Shown here: one piece after another, positions 23,360-34,529 of the stretch | How positions within the stretch are numbered: position 1 is the first letter of the stretch | Layout: every line of letters begins with the position of its first letter | Origin: Penicillus capitatus | Taxonomy: Eukaryota > Plantae > Chlorophyta | NCBI GenBank assembly: GCA_965649825.1 | Contig: OZ287702.1 | Span: forward strand, 248,001 to 312,000 | Direction of reading: 5' to 3' | DNA: 64,000 nucleotides | Notes under the pieces: generated by a model | Told to the model about the DNA's origin: nothing | What the model saw: only the letters and a program-made list of their open reading frames with translations | Databases searched by the model: none | Translations under genes and position numbers: made by a program

Positions 23360-25373
23360 ATGAAGTGGTTCTTCTTCTTAAGTGTTCTGTTATCTCATAC
23401 CAATGTCATCGAGGCAGTTTCGAAAGGCTCGTTGTTGCATGGGAGCGCGCTTCCGGCATCTGACCTCAGATTTCATTCTTCGCGCCGCATACATGATGCT
23501 CTGACTGCCATCCATTCGGCAAAGGTCGAGCCTCATTCCGCATCAGAAGGCATTCAAGAGAACTTATTCCCTCAGTTGCAAATGCCATCTGTTGCCGAAT
23601 CCAGACGGCAATTACTGGAGAAACAGAATACGACGTGTGCATGGGATGATGAGACGAGCAGCTGCTCGTTGTCAGGTTCTGCAGTGTTTCGTGTCCTGGA
23701 GCAAACAGACAATCCAGTCTCTAACTATCTACAGGACGTCTTGGTAAGATACGACGTGACGCATTCATTTATCCTTCATGGATCTCTCTTCAGAGGTGCC
23801 GCCTCGCGGAAGACGAGGCCACATGCAGCAAAAGAGATTGCAAATGGTATGAGGCATTGCTGGGTACGTAAGGTGCGCAATTGTCGTTCTCCAGGAAAGG
23901 CTCCAGCTGCGACATATCGCATGAGATCTTTCGAGAGTTTACCTCTGTCGATTGCCTATCGAATATTGCCCATCTCGTAGAGGAAGATGCCGGAAAGCTC
24001 GAGTGCTCCGCTTTGCTGACAGAGGAAGAGTGTCAGACAGCCGAGCGTTGTATGTGGTAGCAAGGCACACCGCTCTGTTTCGTGCCAAAGAGGCTGTTTA
24101 CTAGGATGGATTCTTACGCTTCTTGTGTTTTTGATCAATTTCGTTACCACCACGGCGTTCCTTCTTCCCGCGGCATGCCTTACAGTTTTGAAAAAGTGCG
24201 ATCAAAGTGATGCACGCTTTGATCAATGTGCAGTTGAATGTAGCTCTACGATGAAAGTGAAGCTCGACTTGTGAAGGAAGTAGAAGCGGCGATCGAGAGT
24301 GGACGCATCGAGGACTGGTCAGATATTCTCTTGTGGACGCCTGCAGCATTCGAATGTCCTTCGGAGTATTAATCCGTGGTAATAATGCCTGCATCTTTTC
24401 TCCCGAGTTTCTCCCCGTGTGCTTGTCTACAGGAATGTGCCTATGTTGAAGCATTCAGAGAAGCTCAAAAAATCGACATCTATTGCCTCAATACCTACGC
24501 GGATGCAACACTGAGCCTCAATTGCGGCGGCGACTCTCTTTGTCAACCAACCGGAAATCCAAACGCTCCATGCAAAGTGTCGGACCGCATTCTCTTCAAT
24601 GCCTCCTTTGCAGCAGAAGAGGCAAGATAGTGTCTGTGCCTGCTTGCTGACCGAGGGTCCATAGGAATCAGCCAATCGAATCGAAGATCCAGAGGCACGG
24701 AGTTTCGAGTTAAAAACACTCGAATGCCTTCAGATTCGGGAAGAAGATGAATGCACAGGTGGATGCTTCTATCCCCGCTCCTTGACATTTCCCATTGGAC
24801 TTTTTTTAGGAGACTGCACTTGGATCGCAAACGCCAATGCTTGCTCTGTCAGTCCAGTGTGGACCGCCAATAAAGTCTACCGTCTTGTGGGCGACTCAGA
24901 GAATGTGGTTTGCCAGTTCTTCACCTCAGATGCCACAAGCAAGTGCACGGAGATAGATTACGCGCCAAACTGCACTGCGAATCCTTCATGTCTGTGGAAC
25001 AAACGTTCAAGTGAGAAGCCTGCCTTCTTGTCATTGTGAGACAGCGATGGTAGGTGTTTGCATGGCTGGATTCTATACGTGGCTGGAGATCGCCGTGGAA
25101 GACTCGCTGATGCAGGCAGATGTTCTGCTGATGCAGGATCTCTGCTTTGGCAGTGAGACCGTGTCACAGTGCTATGACACAGCACTGACTGACAACTTGG
25201 ACGAGGGAGTATTCGCTCTAACAGCAGAAGCTCCAGAATCATCAGCAGCTCAAGCTCCTGATCACGAAACCGCTTTAGATACTGAATCCCACAAAGGCAC
25301 ACCATCTGAAATGGAACCTGATCGTTTGCACAGAGCCATGGGAGGTGATGTGATCGGTGAACTGAGTTTGTAG
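23360..25373 (+). CDS. Secreted cysteine-rich repeat protein of unknown function
   Basis: Signal-peptide-like MKWFFFLSVLLS, then repeated C-x-W...C modules (TCAWDDETSSC, DCKW, RCMW, DCTW, SCLW) spread over several short-intron-separated exons. Exon boundaries only partly resolved. Confidence 0.6.
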
Positions 25374-26350
25374 ATTGCTCTAGATGATCTGTTAGACTGG
25401 ATATCTATCGTTTTTCGGTCCAAATAACGGAAAATAAAATGTATTACATTGTCATCGTGGGGTGATGACAAGTTTAGAAAGCTCTTTATTTCGTTGTCGA
25501 ACTGCAGTTGGTGGCATCTCTCTCTCTCTCGCCAGAGGAATGGAACCTTTTCATTGTCGCGTGGAATGACTGTGGGCAAGGAAGAGGGAGAATGTCTTCT
25601 ATCTGACGTTTTGTTCGTGATCGATATAGATATATCTCCTGCCTTTTCTCAGACTTCGGCAAAGGTTATTCCACAAGTCAAAGTCTACATAAATAATGGA
25701 TGTATCTTGAATGTCAGATACTATCTGAAAGTAGCTTTGTATGGAAGACGCAGAGACAGACGTTTCTTGTTGATGATTCTGTTTGACAAATCTAACCATC
25801 AGGCCTTCTGTGGGTCATTTTTACTGGCGCACCCAGTAACCCGAATCTGCAAATTGCATAGCGAAAGCTCAATAGGTTTCATCACGAATTCTTATTAGAA
25901 GGCAGATGAAACAGTACAGTCAAATCGAATCAGGACATCTAATTCGATCCATCCCACATTGCACCCACTCTACGTGACAACTCTAAACCATGCAAGACAT
26001 CGCACTGTCTTGGATACTAAGGCACGAAAGACAAGAGAGAATATTAAACGGGATGTAAGCATGCATTATCGTCTAAACAAGGATCCTTGATGTCAGAAGA
26101 GACACAGCGTGAGGTGCGAACGAATATCATCTCCTCTTTTCCCTTGACCTACCTACTCTTCCCTCTTTGGCGATACACGGGACATAATCGTGGACACTGT
26201 CACAAAGCATCGTTACTCGAGAGGCGTCTTCCATTTGCTATATTGCCTTTGGCTTTCTCTCTCAGTGTCCTGATCTGCTCCCTTCAGAAGACCGTTTGGA
26301 GAAAACAGTCATTCTGAAATGGATTTGGCGGAACGGTGTCAAATAAGAAC

Positions 26351-27569
26351 ATGATGCATTCATGCCGAACCTTCAGAGCAGCCGTTCCGTCTCAGCGACG
26401 GCTTTCAACACGGCCACAGTGTTCCCGAGTACTCGCCGCTCATCAACGACGTGCTCAGCAAGGCGAGACGCCAACAGAGGGGAACAAAGGACTGCGAGAA
26501 ATCATCAAGTTCTCCACAACGACTCCTTCAAGAGGGCCCTTACTAGTGACCCACTGTTTCTCAGAAGAAAACAGAAAGAATTGGCGGAGCATCTCTCTGC
26601 ATACGAAGACGACGTGGTTGAAGAGAGATTGGCAACCGCTTTGCACGCAGAGAATCCAAATCCACATCGTATGGCACAACTCGTGCCCGCTATCAAGATG
26701 GCAAAAGTCTCCTATCTCTCTCGATGAGCCCCTCGTGCATCACCCTCTTCATCAGGGACGACCTGTTCTGATTTTTGAGCTGCATCGTTCTTTGCTGCAA
26801 GAGAACGGCGAAGTGGACAGTCTGGCAAAATTGGCACAGCGATTGGAAATGGCATCGGCTGACTGTTTATGTCTCTCAACGGATCGATCCAGTTCAGAAG
26901 GGCTGAAAGATCTCTTCACCGTTTCTAGATCTGTCAAGATTCCTGTGCTGGCCAGAGATTGGTACATCCATCCCCTTCAGGTGAGGAGCCCTTCATTCCT
27001 CCCAATACAGCGATCGAAAGATGCCATGTCAGATTCTTGAGGCGAAAGAGGCGGGCGCTTCTGGCGTCGTCGGCATCATCGCTTGCGTCTCCATTCATGG
27101 AACGCCATTGTTGAGCAGTTTTGCTGCTGCGATCGGCATCGACGCCCCTGTCGAAGTGCTTTCCTGTCCATTCTGCTCATAGCTTCCTGTCAGCTTCTCA
27201 ACATCTTGCAGGTCCTGAATCTCGGTGAAGTGGAGGAAATGTCGAAGCATGGTGTCCCGATGTTCTGTTTGAACTGCTCCGTTGGGTTATCCCTCTCTGG
27301 AATCGCAGGAATCACAACGGATGTCACAGAAGGCATTCTCCGCTCCCTTCCCTTTGACACCGTCTCCGTTGTTGGCATCAAGAAGATCAAGGAAGTTCGG
27401 AATGCAGCATATGTATATCACAGATTCAGCCGCCCTTGCATAGACCATCTGTTGTTCTTAGGCAGGAGCTGATGCCATACTGATCAAGCATACATGCATA
27501 CCGCCTGCCAGAGACGACTTTCATGATTTCGTAGGGAAGATTCAGTTCCTGACCAGCGGCGATGACTGA
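26351..27569 (+). CDS. Indole-3-glycerol-phosphate-synthase-like TIM-barrel protein with transit peptide, probably catalytically divergent
   Basis: IPVLARDWYIHPLQ|ILEAKEAGASGV...APVE|VLNLGEVEE...AGADAILIK...LTSGDD*. Five introns. Confidence 0.7.
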
Positions 27570-27619
27570 GCGTCTTGTCACGTCGTTTAACGGAACGAAC
27601 ATTGTAGACGCGAATTGAG

Positions 27620-28205
27620 ATGGCTTATGACAATTACGACCGCGTAAGGCGAGACGCGACTCTCGGCATCCACCCAACAATGCGTTGCGTTGTGTAGAGG
27701 GTCGTTATCTATCCCGCCTATATTAACAAAGACAAGACACGGGCAGAGGGTCGAAAAATCAGTGCCGATAAAGGTGTGACTTCTCCTGTGTCGACCGATA
27801 CGGTCACTCTTTCTCGACAGGGTGTGAGAAACCGTTAGCGACTGAAATCTATGATGTGGTGAGTTTCTTGAAACTGCCATGCGAAATAGAGGTAATATTC
27901 AGTTTTGCTATCCCCGTCCAATAAGGTGCGTGTGGTGTCTGACCTTGTAGTTGAACAAGTCCTATTCACGGGAGTGGTGGGTTCAAGGCCGGGTACGTGT
28001 ACAGCTGAAGGCAGACAACGGCAAAGCATTCCATCCCGATATCCCTTCACGCAGAGAGCTTCTCCTGAAAGTGGCCAGTCTAGTGCCACGTCATCCAAAT
28101 CGTCAACAGAAGGCACAGCAGGAGAAAGAGACGAAAGCCACAACATCGACAGCAAAGGGCAAACATCACAGTGGAAAAGGCAAAGGAAAGAAAGGAAAGA
28201 AATGA
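27620..28205 (+). CDS. SRP19: Signal recognition particle 19 kDa subunit
   Basis: VVIYPAYINKDKTRAEGRKI...LNKSYSREWWVQGRVRVQLK...RRELLLKVASLVPRHP, with a K/G-rich tail. Three introns. Confidence 0.93.
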
Positions 28206-28457
28206 CGAGACACTCTGAAATCTATGCACTGCACAATGCTGACACGATGTGGAGGAATGGAAATCCCGTTTGGTGACGGAAGTGACTTGTTTGTTGTCGC
28301 ACGGGATAGGGGGTTGGTTGTACGAATACCATCAGATGAGGCGTTACAGACAGGCAGGTTCAACACATATAGCACAAGTCCATGAACAGATGCAGGACAT
28401 GTGGCCTATCGATGGTTTATGATGCCGTCAGAGGTGTTTCTTTGTGAGAACGCGGTT

Positions 28458-29989
28458 TCAGGAGAAATCGCGATCGGGGAAAAGCAGAGGGGCCACCAAT
28501 GTCCAGACGTAGACGAAAACGGTGAAGAACTGTGATCCCATCTTCACCCAAACAGATGTCCAGCTCACACCTGCAGACAAGACATCTCACTCTTTGCCCA
28601 ATGCATCTGCATGAAAGTGGGTACCGATCGCGACATCGACGTTATCGTTTGTTCCCCAATCGGTGAGCAGCATTGCCACATAGAGACTTGCCAAACTGAA
28701 AATCAAATGGAAAAAACTGTAGTTGTAGGCGACAGGCTTAAATTCATCGAGGGCTCTTTCATCTCCTCTGGATGTTCTCTGTTCAGCAGGTGCTGTTGAC
28801 TTGCCATCCAGTCCAGACGATGTCAACTGTCCCTCTTCCGCAGCCATCAACGGTGCTTGGTTTTCTCCTGAATCTGCCATAACGCACGCACGCACACCTT
28901 AGCAGAACATACCTCATGTAAGTGGCCCGTTACCTGAACGTGTCAGATTGAATGTTCCCGTGTTGGATCCTGCACGAATGGCCGAATAGACGACAGTAAT
29001 GAGTGTCACACAGAGACCGAAGAAAATGGATGTTCCTTTGGCGGCATCTTTATCGGCCATTCCGTTGCATCCGTAGTCATTCGGTTCACTGGAGAGCGCC
29101 GTAAAGGCCAAAAATCCACAGTAGACACTGACGGCACTGGCAGGAAAGAGCGAACCATTGGGAAAGAAGCTCATGATGGACATGATAGTGAAACCCACCG
29201 TCGCCAGCAATGTCCATATCAGCAATGACACATTCAAAGAACAGGATCCAGCACCGGAGGGTTTGAAGTAATGGAAACCCAATCCCAGAAAGGTCGCATG
29301 AATGGCATAGAGTACGACGACGGTAAAGACCATTGCATAGGTATAGATCTGGCTGATTTCGGATTGTTCATACCAAGCATCATTCAACATGCACACAAAA
29401 TCGATGAGAATCAAGGTCTGGATGACCAGGAAAGAGGCAGAGCCAACACGGGACAGCCATTCGAACCAGTGCATGTGTCCAGGAATGAAGAAAGGCAAAA
29501 CCAGACACAGTACCCATATGATGCCTTTGATGGGCCAGTTGCCATGCTGCACTTCTTCATGACGCAGATCGTTTTTGTATCTGGTGTTCAGAAGCAACAG
29601 CGACATTCCTGTGAAGAAAATCTGCAAGGACAGGACGTGATATGTTTGTCGCTCTTTTCATTTGTGTGACGCTTACAAAATTTCCAAACGTCATGCGATA
29701 GACGGCCTGGTCACCGTACCACACGTCATCGTTGTTCTTGTGATAGTGTACACCTGCAGACGCTGTTTTTTGGTAGAGGGTCGACAGGCGAAAGCAGACC
29801 TGGCACTAAGTTGACCATTTCTCGAGCATAGTCACGCATTATCCATGCCAATATCATCGTGGAGATAAAGAGGACCGTATATCCGGCCCTGGCGCTTCGT
29901 TGCATGACATGGTTATGGAGACACTTGCATCCTCCGCAGAAAAGGACGGAGAAAAACGTCCCTACGCAGGCACCGGCTGCAGCAAACAT
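28458..29989 (-). CDS. SERINC: Serine incorporator (Serinc/TMS1) membrane protein
   Basis: WYGDQAVYRM, HGNWPIK, GSLFPASAVSVYCGFLAFTALSSEP, YNYSFFHLIFSLASLYVAMLLTDW, WTLVAPLLFPDRDFS*. Confidence 0.92.
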
Positions 29990-30078
29990 TTAGCAAACGT
30001 TATCGATACAGTGAAATGCACAAACATACACGTCAGCGATGCGGATCCTTGACACTGTGATGTGACGTGTGTGCGACG

Positions 30079-31290
30079 ATGGGTATCGACTTGGATCAAT
30101 GGATTGAGAAAGTCAAGAAATGCGAACCACTGACCGAACTGGAACTCCAGTCGCTCTGCGAATACGTACGTACGCGCTTCTAGATGTCCCTGTTTGCGAG
30201 ACGGGGCGAAATTAGGTGAAAGACATACTAATAGAAGAGTCCAACGTCCAACCTGTCAACTGTCCTGTGACTGTATAAAACAGACTGCCTCACACAAATG
30301 AGATGACAGCTGGTATTAGGTATGTGGAGACATACATGGCCAGTTCCACGATTTGCTGAAGCTGTTTGAAACGGGAGGCGAAGTGCCAGACACGAGTTAT
30401 ATATTTCTGGGTGATTTTGTGGATCGTGGATACAACAGCCTAGAGTCCTTTACACTACTCATGTTACTCAAAGCACGATTTCCAGCACACATGACATTGC
30501 TGCGAGGAAATCATGAAAGCCGACAAATAACACAAGTCACACATTGCCAGTACAGCTTCAGTACAGCAGCGAGATATGTACAGGTGTACGGCTTCTATGA
30601 TGAATGCCAGCGGAAGTATGGAAACGCCAATGCTTGGAAGTACTGCACAGACGTGTTTGATTACCTCACGCTATCTGTCCACCCATCCTATTCCTGTGGC
30701 TATGGTTGCTGAATCTGAGCATCTCTTTAGGCGATTATTGAAGGACGTGTGATCTGTGTTCATGGAGGTCTATCACCCGATCTCAGAACCGTCGATCAGG
30801 TGGATGGGCTGTTCTCTCGCGGCATCTCCGTTTCCACTGTTCGTTTGTGCAGATTCGTCTGATCGACCGGATCTGCGAGATCCCACACGACGGACCTTTC
30901 TGTGATTTAATGTGGAGCGATCCCGAGGAGATTGACACATGGGCTGTCAGCCCTCGAGGCGCGGGATGGCTGTTCGGAGAGAAGGTTGCTGCCGAATTCA
31001 ATCGCATCAACAGTTTGGAACTGATCTGCCGAGCACATCAGCTTGTTCAGGAGGGACTCAAGTACATGTTTCCTTCCGAAGAGATCCTGCAAGGAAACAC
31101 AAATCTGGATCGACTTCAGTACGAACTTGTGACGGTGTGGTCTGCTCCAAACTACTGCTACCGGTGCGGCAATGTCGCATCGATACTGGCTTTCGATGAA
31201 AAACTCAATCGGACGGAGAAAGTCTTCACAGCAACGACAGAGAATGAAACGAATCAAGTACCAAACAGCGCATCTCGGTACTTTCTCTAA
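30079..31290 (+). CDS. PPP6C: Serine/threonine protein phosphatase 6 catalytic subunit (FyPP type)
   Basis: [74 protein letters not shown]. Confidence 0.95.
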
Positions 31291-31424
31291 GAACCATTGA
31301 CGCGTGCTGGACTGCTGTTTTGTAAAAAGGATGGCATTTAAATCTCGCATGTATCTGAAGTCATGCAACGGCAGTACAGACGACGTACAACGTTAAAATT
31401 TTATCATCCCATTGAACAGGATAT

Positions 31425-32425
31425 TCACAGTCCTGGAATGGAAACGCCATTGGTGGTGAAGTTGTTTGCCCATGGATTGCCAATGTGGTCCAACCAGTTG
31501 TCCACTGGCCCCTTTCCAGTCGCTGCTGCCTGTGCAAAGAATCCGAGAGTGGCCACCATTGCCAGGCGACCGTTTTTAATCTCCTTGAGTTTGAGTTCGT
31601 CAAGATTGCCTCCCCTGCACAAGCACAAAGAATCTGTGCAGCTCCGAATGCAGATCTTGGGGTGGCAGACTTGGCAAAACCGAACGGGTCAAAGACACCT
31701 CCCGGATAGGCGTTTTCGCCGGATCCTTTGAGAAGACCTTCTAGTCCGACGAAGGATCCAGGCTCTGCCTGACTCTGAGGTTTACGGAAATCCATCCATC
31801 GCTTCGTCTCTACCCAACCCGATAGCAACAACTGAACCATGAGCAGCGCCGCTAGAGACAGGGACGATACAATGTGTTTTGGATCATGCAAGGAGACATA
31901 CAGAAAGGAATCCCTGATCCATCGATGGCCACTTTTCCCGCTTCATACCACTCAGGTGTGTTCAAGATTCCGATCTTTGTCAAAGCCTAGAAAAAGAGTG
32001 AGATGTGATGTGACAGATGTGAAAGAGGTGTATAATTGTACGGAAGGGATGAGCATTCCTGCCAGTCCCATCATCGCCAAACGTCCGTGAATGATCTCTG
32101 CCTGTACATACCATTTCAGCGCTGCGGGATTCTTTCCCAGGTTCAGGGGATCATATCCAAAATCGCCAATCAGTCTACAGACGCACGTCACGTCTTTCTC
32201 CATCGAGATCTGCGATGCAGCTGAACGCACTCGCCCTTCAGATGAGCAGGTGGGGTGATTCCGGGTATCCACAGAGGACGATTCGCTGCCATACATGTGA
32301 CGTTGCGACTCTGAATCGCGACAGCCGTGAGGAAGAGTCACGGAAGATGGTCGACAGACTTGTCTACGTGTCGGTGCGAAACAGGGTCGCGAAGAAGGAG
32401 CGGAGACATACATCGCGGACGCCAT
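31425..32425 (-). CDS. Photosystem I light-harvesting chlorophyll a/b protein, Lhca7/Lhca8 type
   Basis: [17 protein letters not shown]|[72 protein letters not shown]. Five introns. Confidence 0.92.
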
Positions 32426-32518
32426 GGCAGACGATCAGAACAAAACGAAGAATGCGTAAAGGGAGCGAGATCGCAGATTCGACAATGGTCTCATCATTTA
32501 AATGCGTTTGTCGGCCCG

Positions 32519-34413
32519 TTAATTGGCAACAGGCTGCGAGATCTGAGCATCGAGTTTCTGCAGGAGCTTCTGAGAATAGCTCGGACTGTAATGCATAACG
32601 ATCTCCTCTGGATACTGACGGTTGATGGTTTCGATAACATCCGTCAGCGAGGAATCGGGTGCCTCCGCCATCTGCTGCAGCAAAGCGAGGCCACCCGAAT
32701 GCACAAAATGCGAACGTCCCTGCGGGTCACTCTCAAGGACTTTTGACAACTGTTCCAGTACCGACTGCATCAACGTGTCTTCGACTTTCCTGTACATAAG
32801 AGGGCGTCGAGGAGATGAGGAGAAGCTGAGGACAGACTTGTGCACGAGGGCTTCGAGTGGTGGCATATATGTCAGCTTCATGACAATGGTCCGCAAGGTT
32901 TGCTGGCATTTGGTCTTGAAATCTTCGGACGACTTCTCGTTGGCTTCCCAATCGACGAGGTCGCTCAGAATTCCTGAAAAGGTAGACGGGTGATGATCGG
33001 CAGAGGGCATGCGATGATATGCCTGTGACAGCAACAGCTTTTGCGTGTTCTGAGCTGTGTTTTCCGATTTGAGCCAGGGTCCAGGTCGCGGCGCCCTTTA
33101 GGACGTCTTCATCTTCGTTTCGTATGACATCAACAAGCGGCAGCACGGCTTTCTCGGCAATGACAGTCGACGCGAGGGTCTCGCTAAAGGCGGCGACGAA
33201 ACCGATGGCCATAACACCCGGTAAACGGAAATGGCCTGGGGCAACGCCTGGGAGTCACGACTGTCATACTGCTCTCTGAATACCTTCGCTATCTGTGATG
33301 TGGTCGACCAAAGCGGCGACGCTTCCTTGACTGACCACAAGCTGTGCCAGTTCTGGAGTGTGTTTACAAATGTCTTTAATCAGGATGGCTGTCGTTTTCT
33401 TCACGGACTCGTCAGGAAACTTGAGCGACGTGAGCATCTTTGGAAAGATCTGCATGTCGACCACTGTCTCTGCCAAATCCGCCGAATGTCTGGCGATGTT
33501 CGCCAAGAAAATAAACGCCTGTGGATAGCACAAAAGATCTCTCTTGGAAAAAGCGCAATGCCTGACGGACATACCTGTCGTCTGAGTTTTCCCTCGGAGT
33601 GCCCAATCCATCGAGCAACATGCGGAACGGCGCCGGCATCCACGACGAGCTGCGCCAGTTCCGCGCTGTGCTTTGCGATGTCGCCAAGTGCCGAAGCAGC
33701 TATTCTCTTGAGTGAATCCTCTTGTTCCTACAGCTTTGCCGATCATGCAGATTCCTTACAGGCATTGTGCCCTCGAGGTCTACTTGGATGCAAACAACGA
33801 GTGGCGGAATGACACGAGCATCGACAACTTGTTGTGCCAGATCTGGCTCATGGGATGCAATGTATCCCAGAGTCCACGCCGCCGCTTCCCTCACGCTCCA
33901 GTCCAGATCTTCTAAGCAAGCGATGAGCGGACGAATGGCTCCCGACGCCACAACCGTTTGGGCCAAAGTCGGAGAATGCCGCGTGATTGCTCTTAAACAG
34001 TTCGCCGCCGCTTTCTTGGTATAACGGGTCGGCGCATCGAGAGAGGCAACGAGCAACGGCAAGACGTCGAGATGGACGAGAGCCTCTGCTAAACGATCAC
34101 TCGCATGGGCAAGCCGTCCAAGTGCCACAGCTGCGCCATGTTGGATACTATAATGCATGGGTCCTGTTGTGCCGTGTAGGGGAGACTATCGCACCTAGGG
34201 ACTGTGTCGATCAGCAAGGCTTTTAGGATACCGAGGGCGCCTGCTTTCTCCAAGAACTCGATGTTCTGCAGTCCATAGACGTTTTCAGGGTTAGTTCTGC
34301 GATCACCATGCGCTTGCCTGTGGCGCCTTGGCCAATTCTCCAACAGTCGTGACAAAAACCAATCGCTCTTTCTGGAATTTCTCGAACGCGAGAAGCACAG
34401 GACGCGCCGCCAT
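32519..34413 (-). CDS. PF16: Axoneme central apparatus armadillo-repeat protein PF16/SPAG6
   Basis: MAARPVLLAFEKFQKERLVFV..., KFPDESVKK, RLPGVMAIG, FVHSGGLALLQQMAEAP, YPEEIVMHYSPSYSQKLL. Seven introns, two of them GC-AG (34266-34317, 32974-33022). Confidence 0.95.
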
Positions 34414-34529
34414 GTACAGAAAAGATCTTTCAAATGACGCTTTACATAACGTTCTGGTCAAGCAGCGCCATTTCACGTGTAAACACAATCGGCCATTCCG
34501 AGAAAGCGCCTCTTCTCGTAGTTGTCGCC

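Noticed and set aside
25449-25898. 149-aa plus-strand ORF and overlapping minus-strand ORFs in an AT-richer gap
   Set aside because: No recognisable motif or consistent exon chain could be built.
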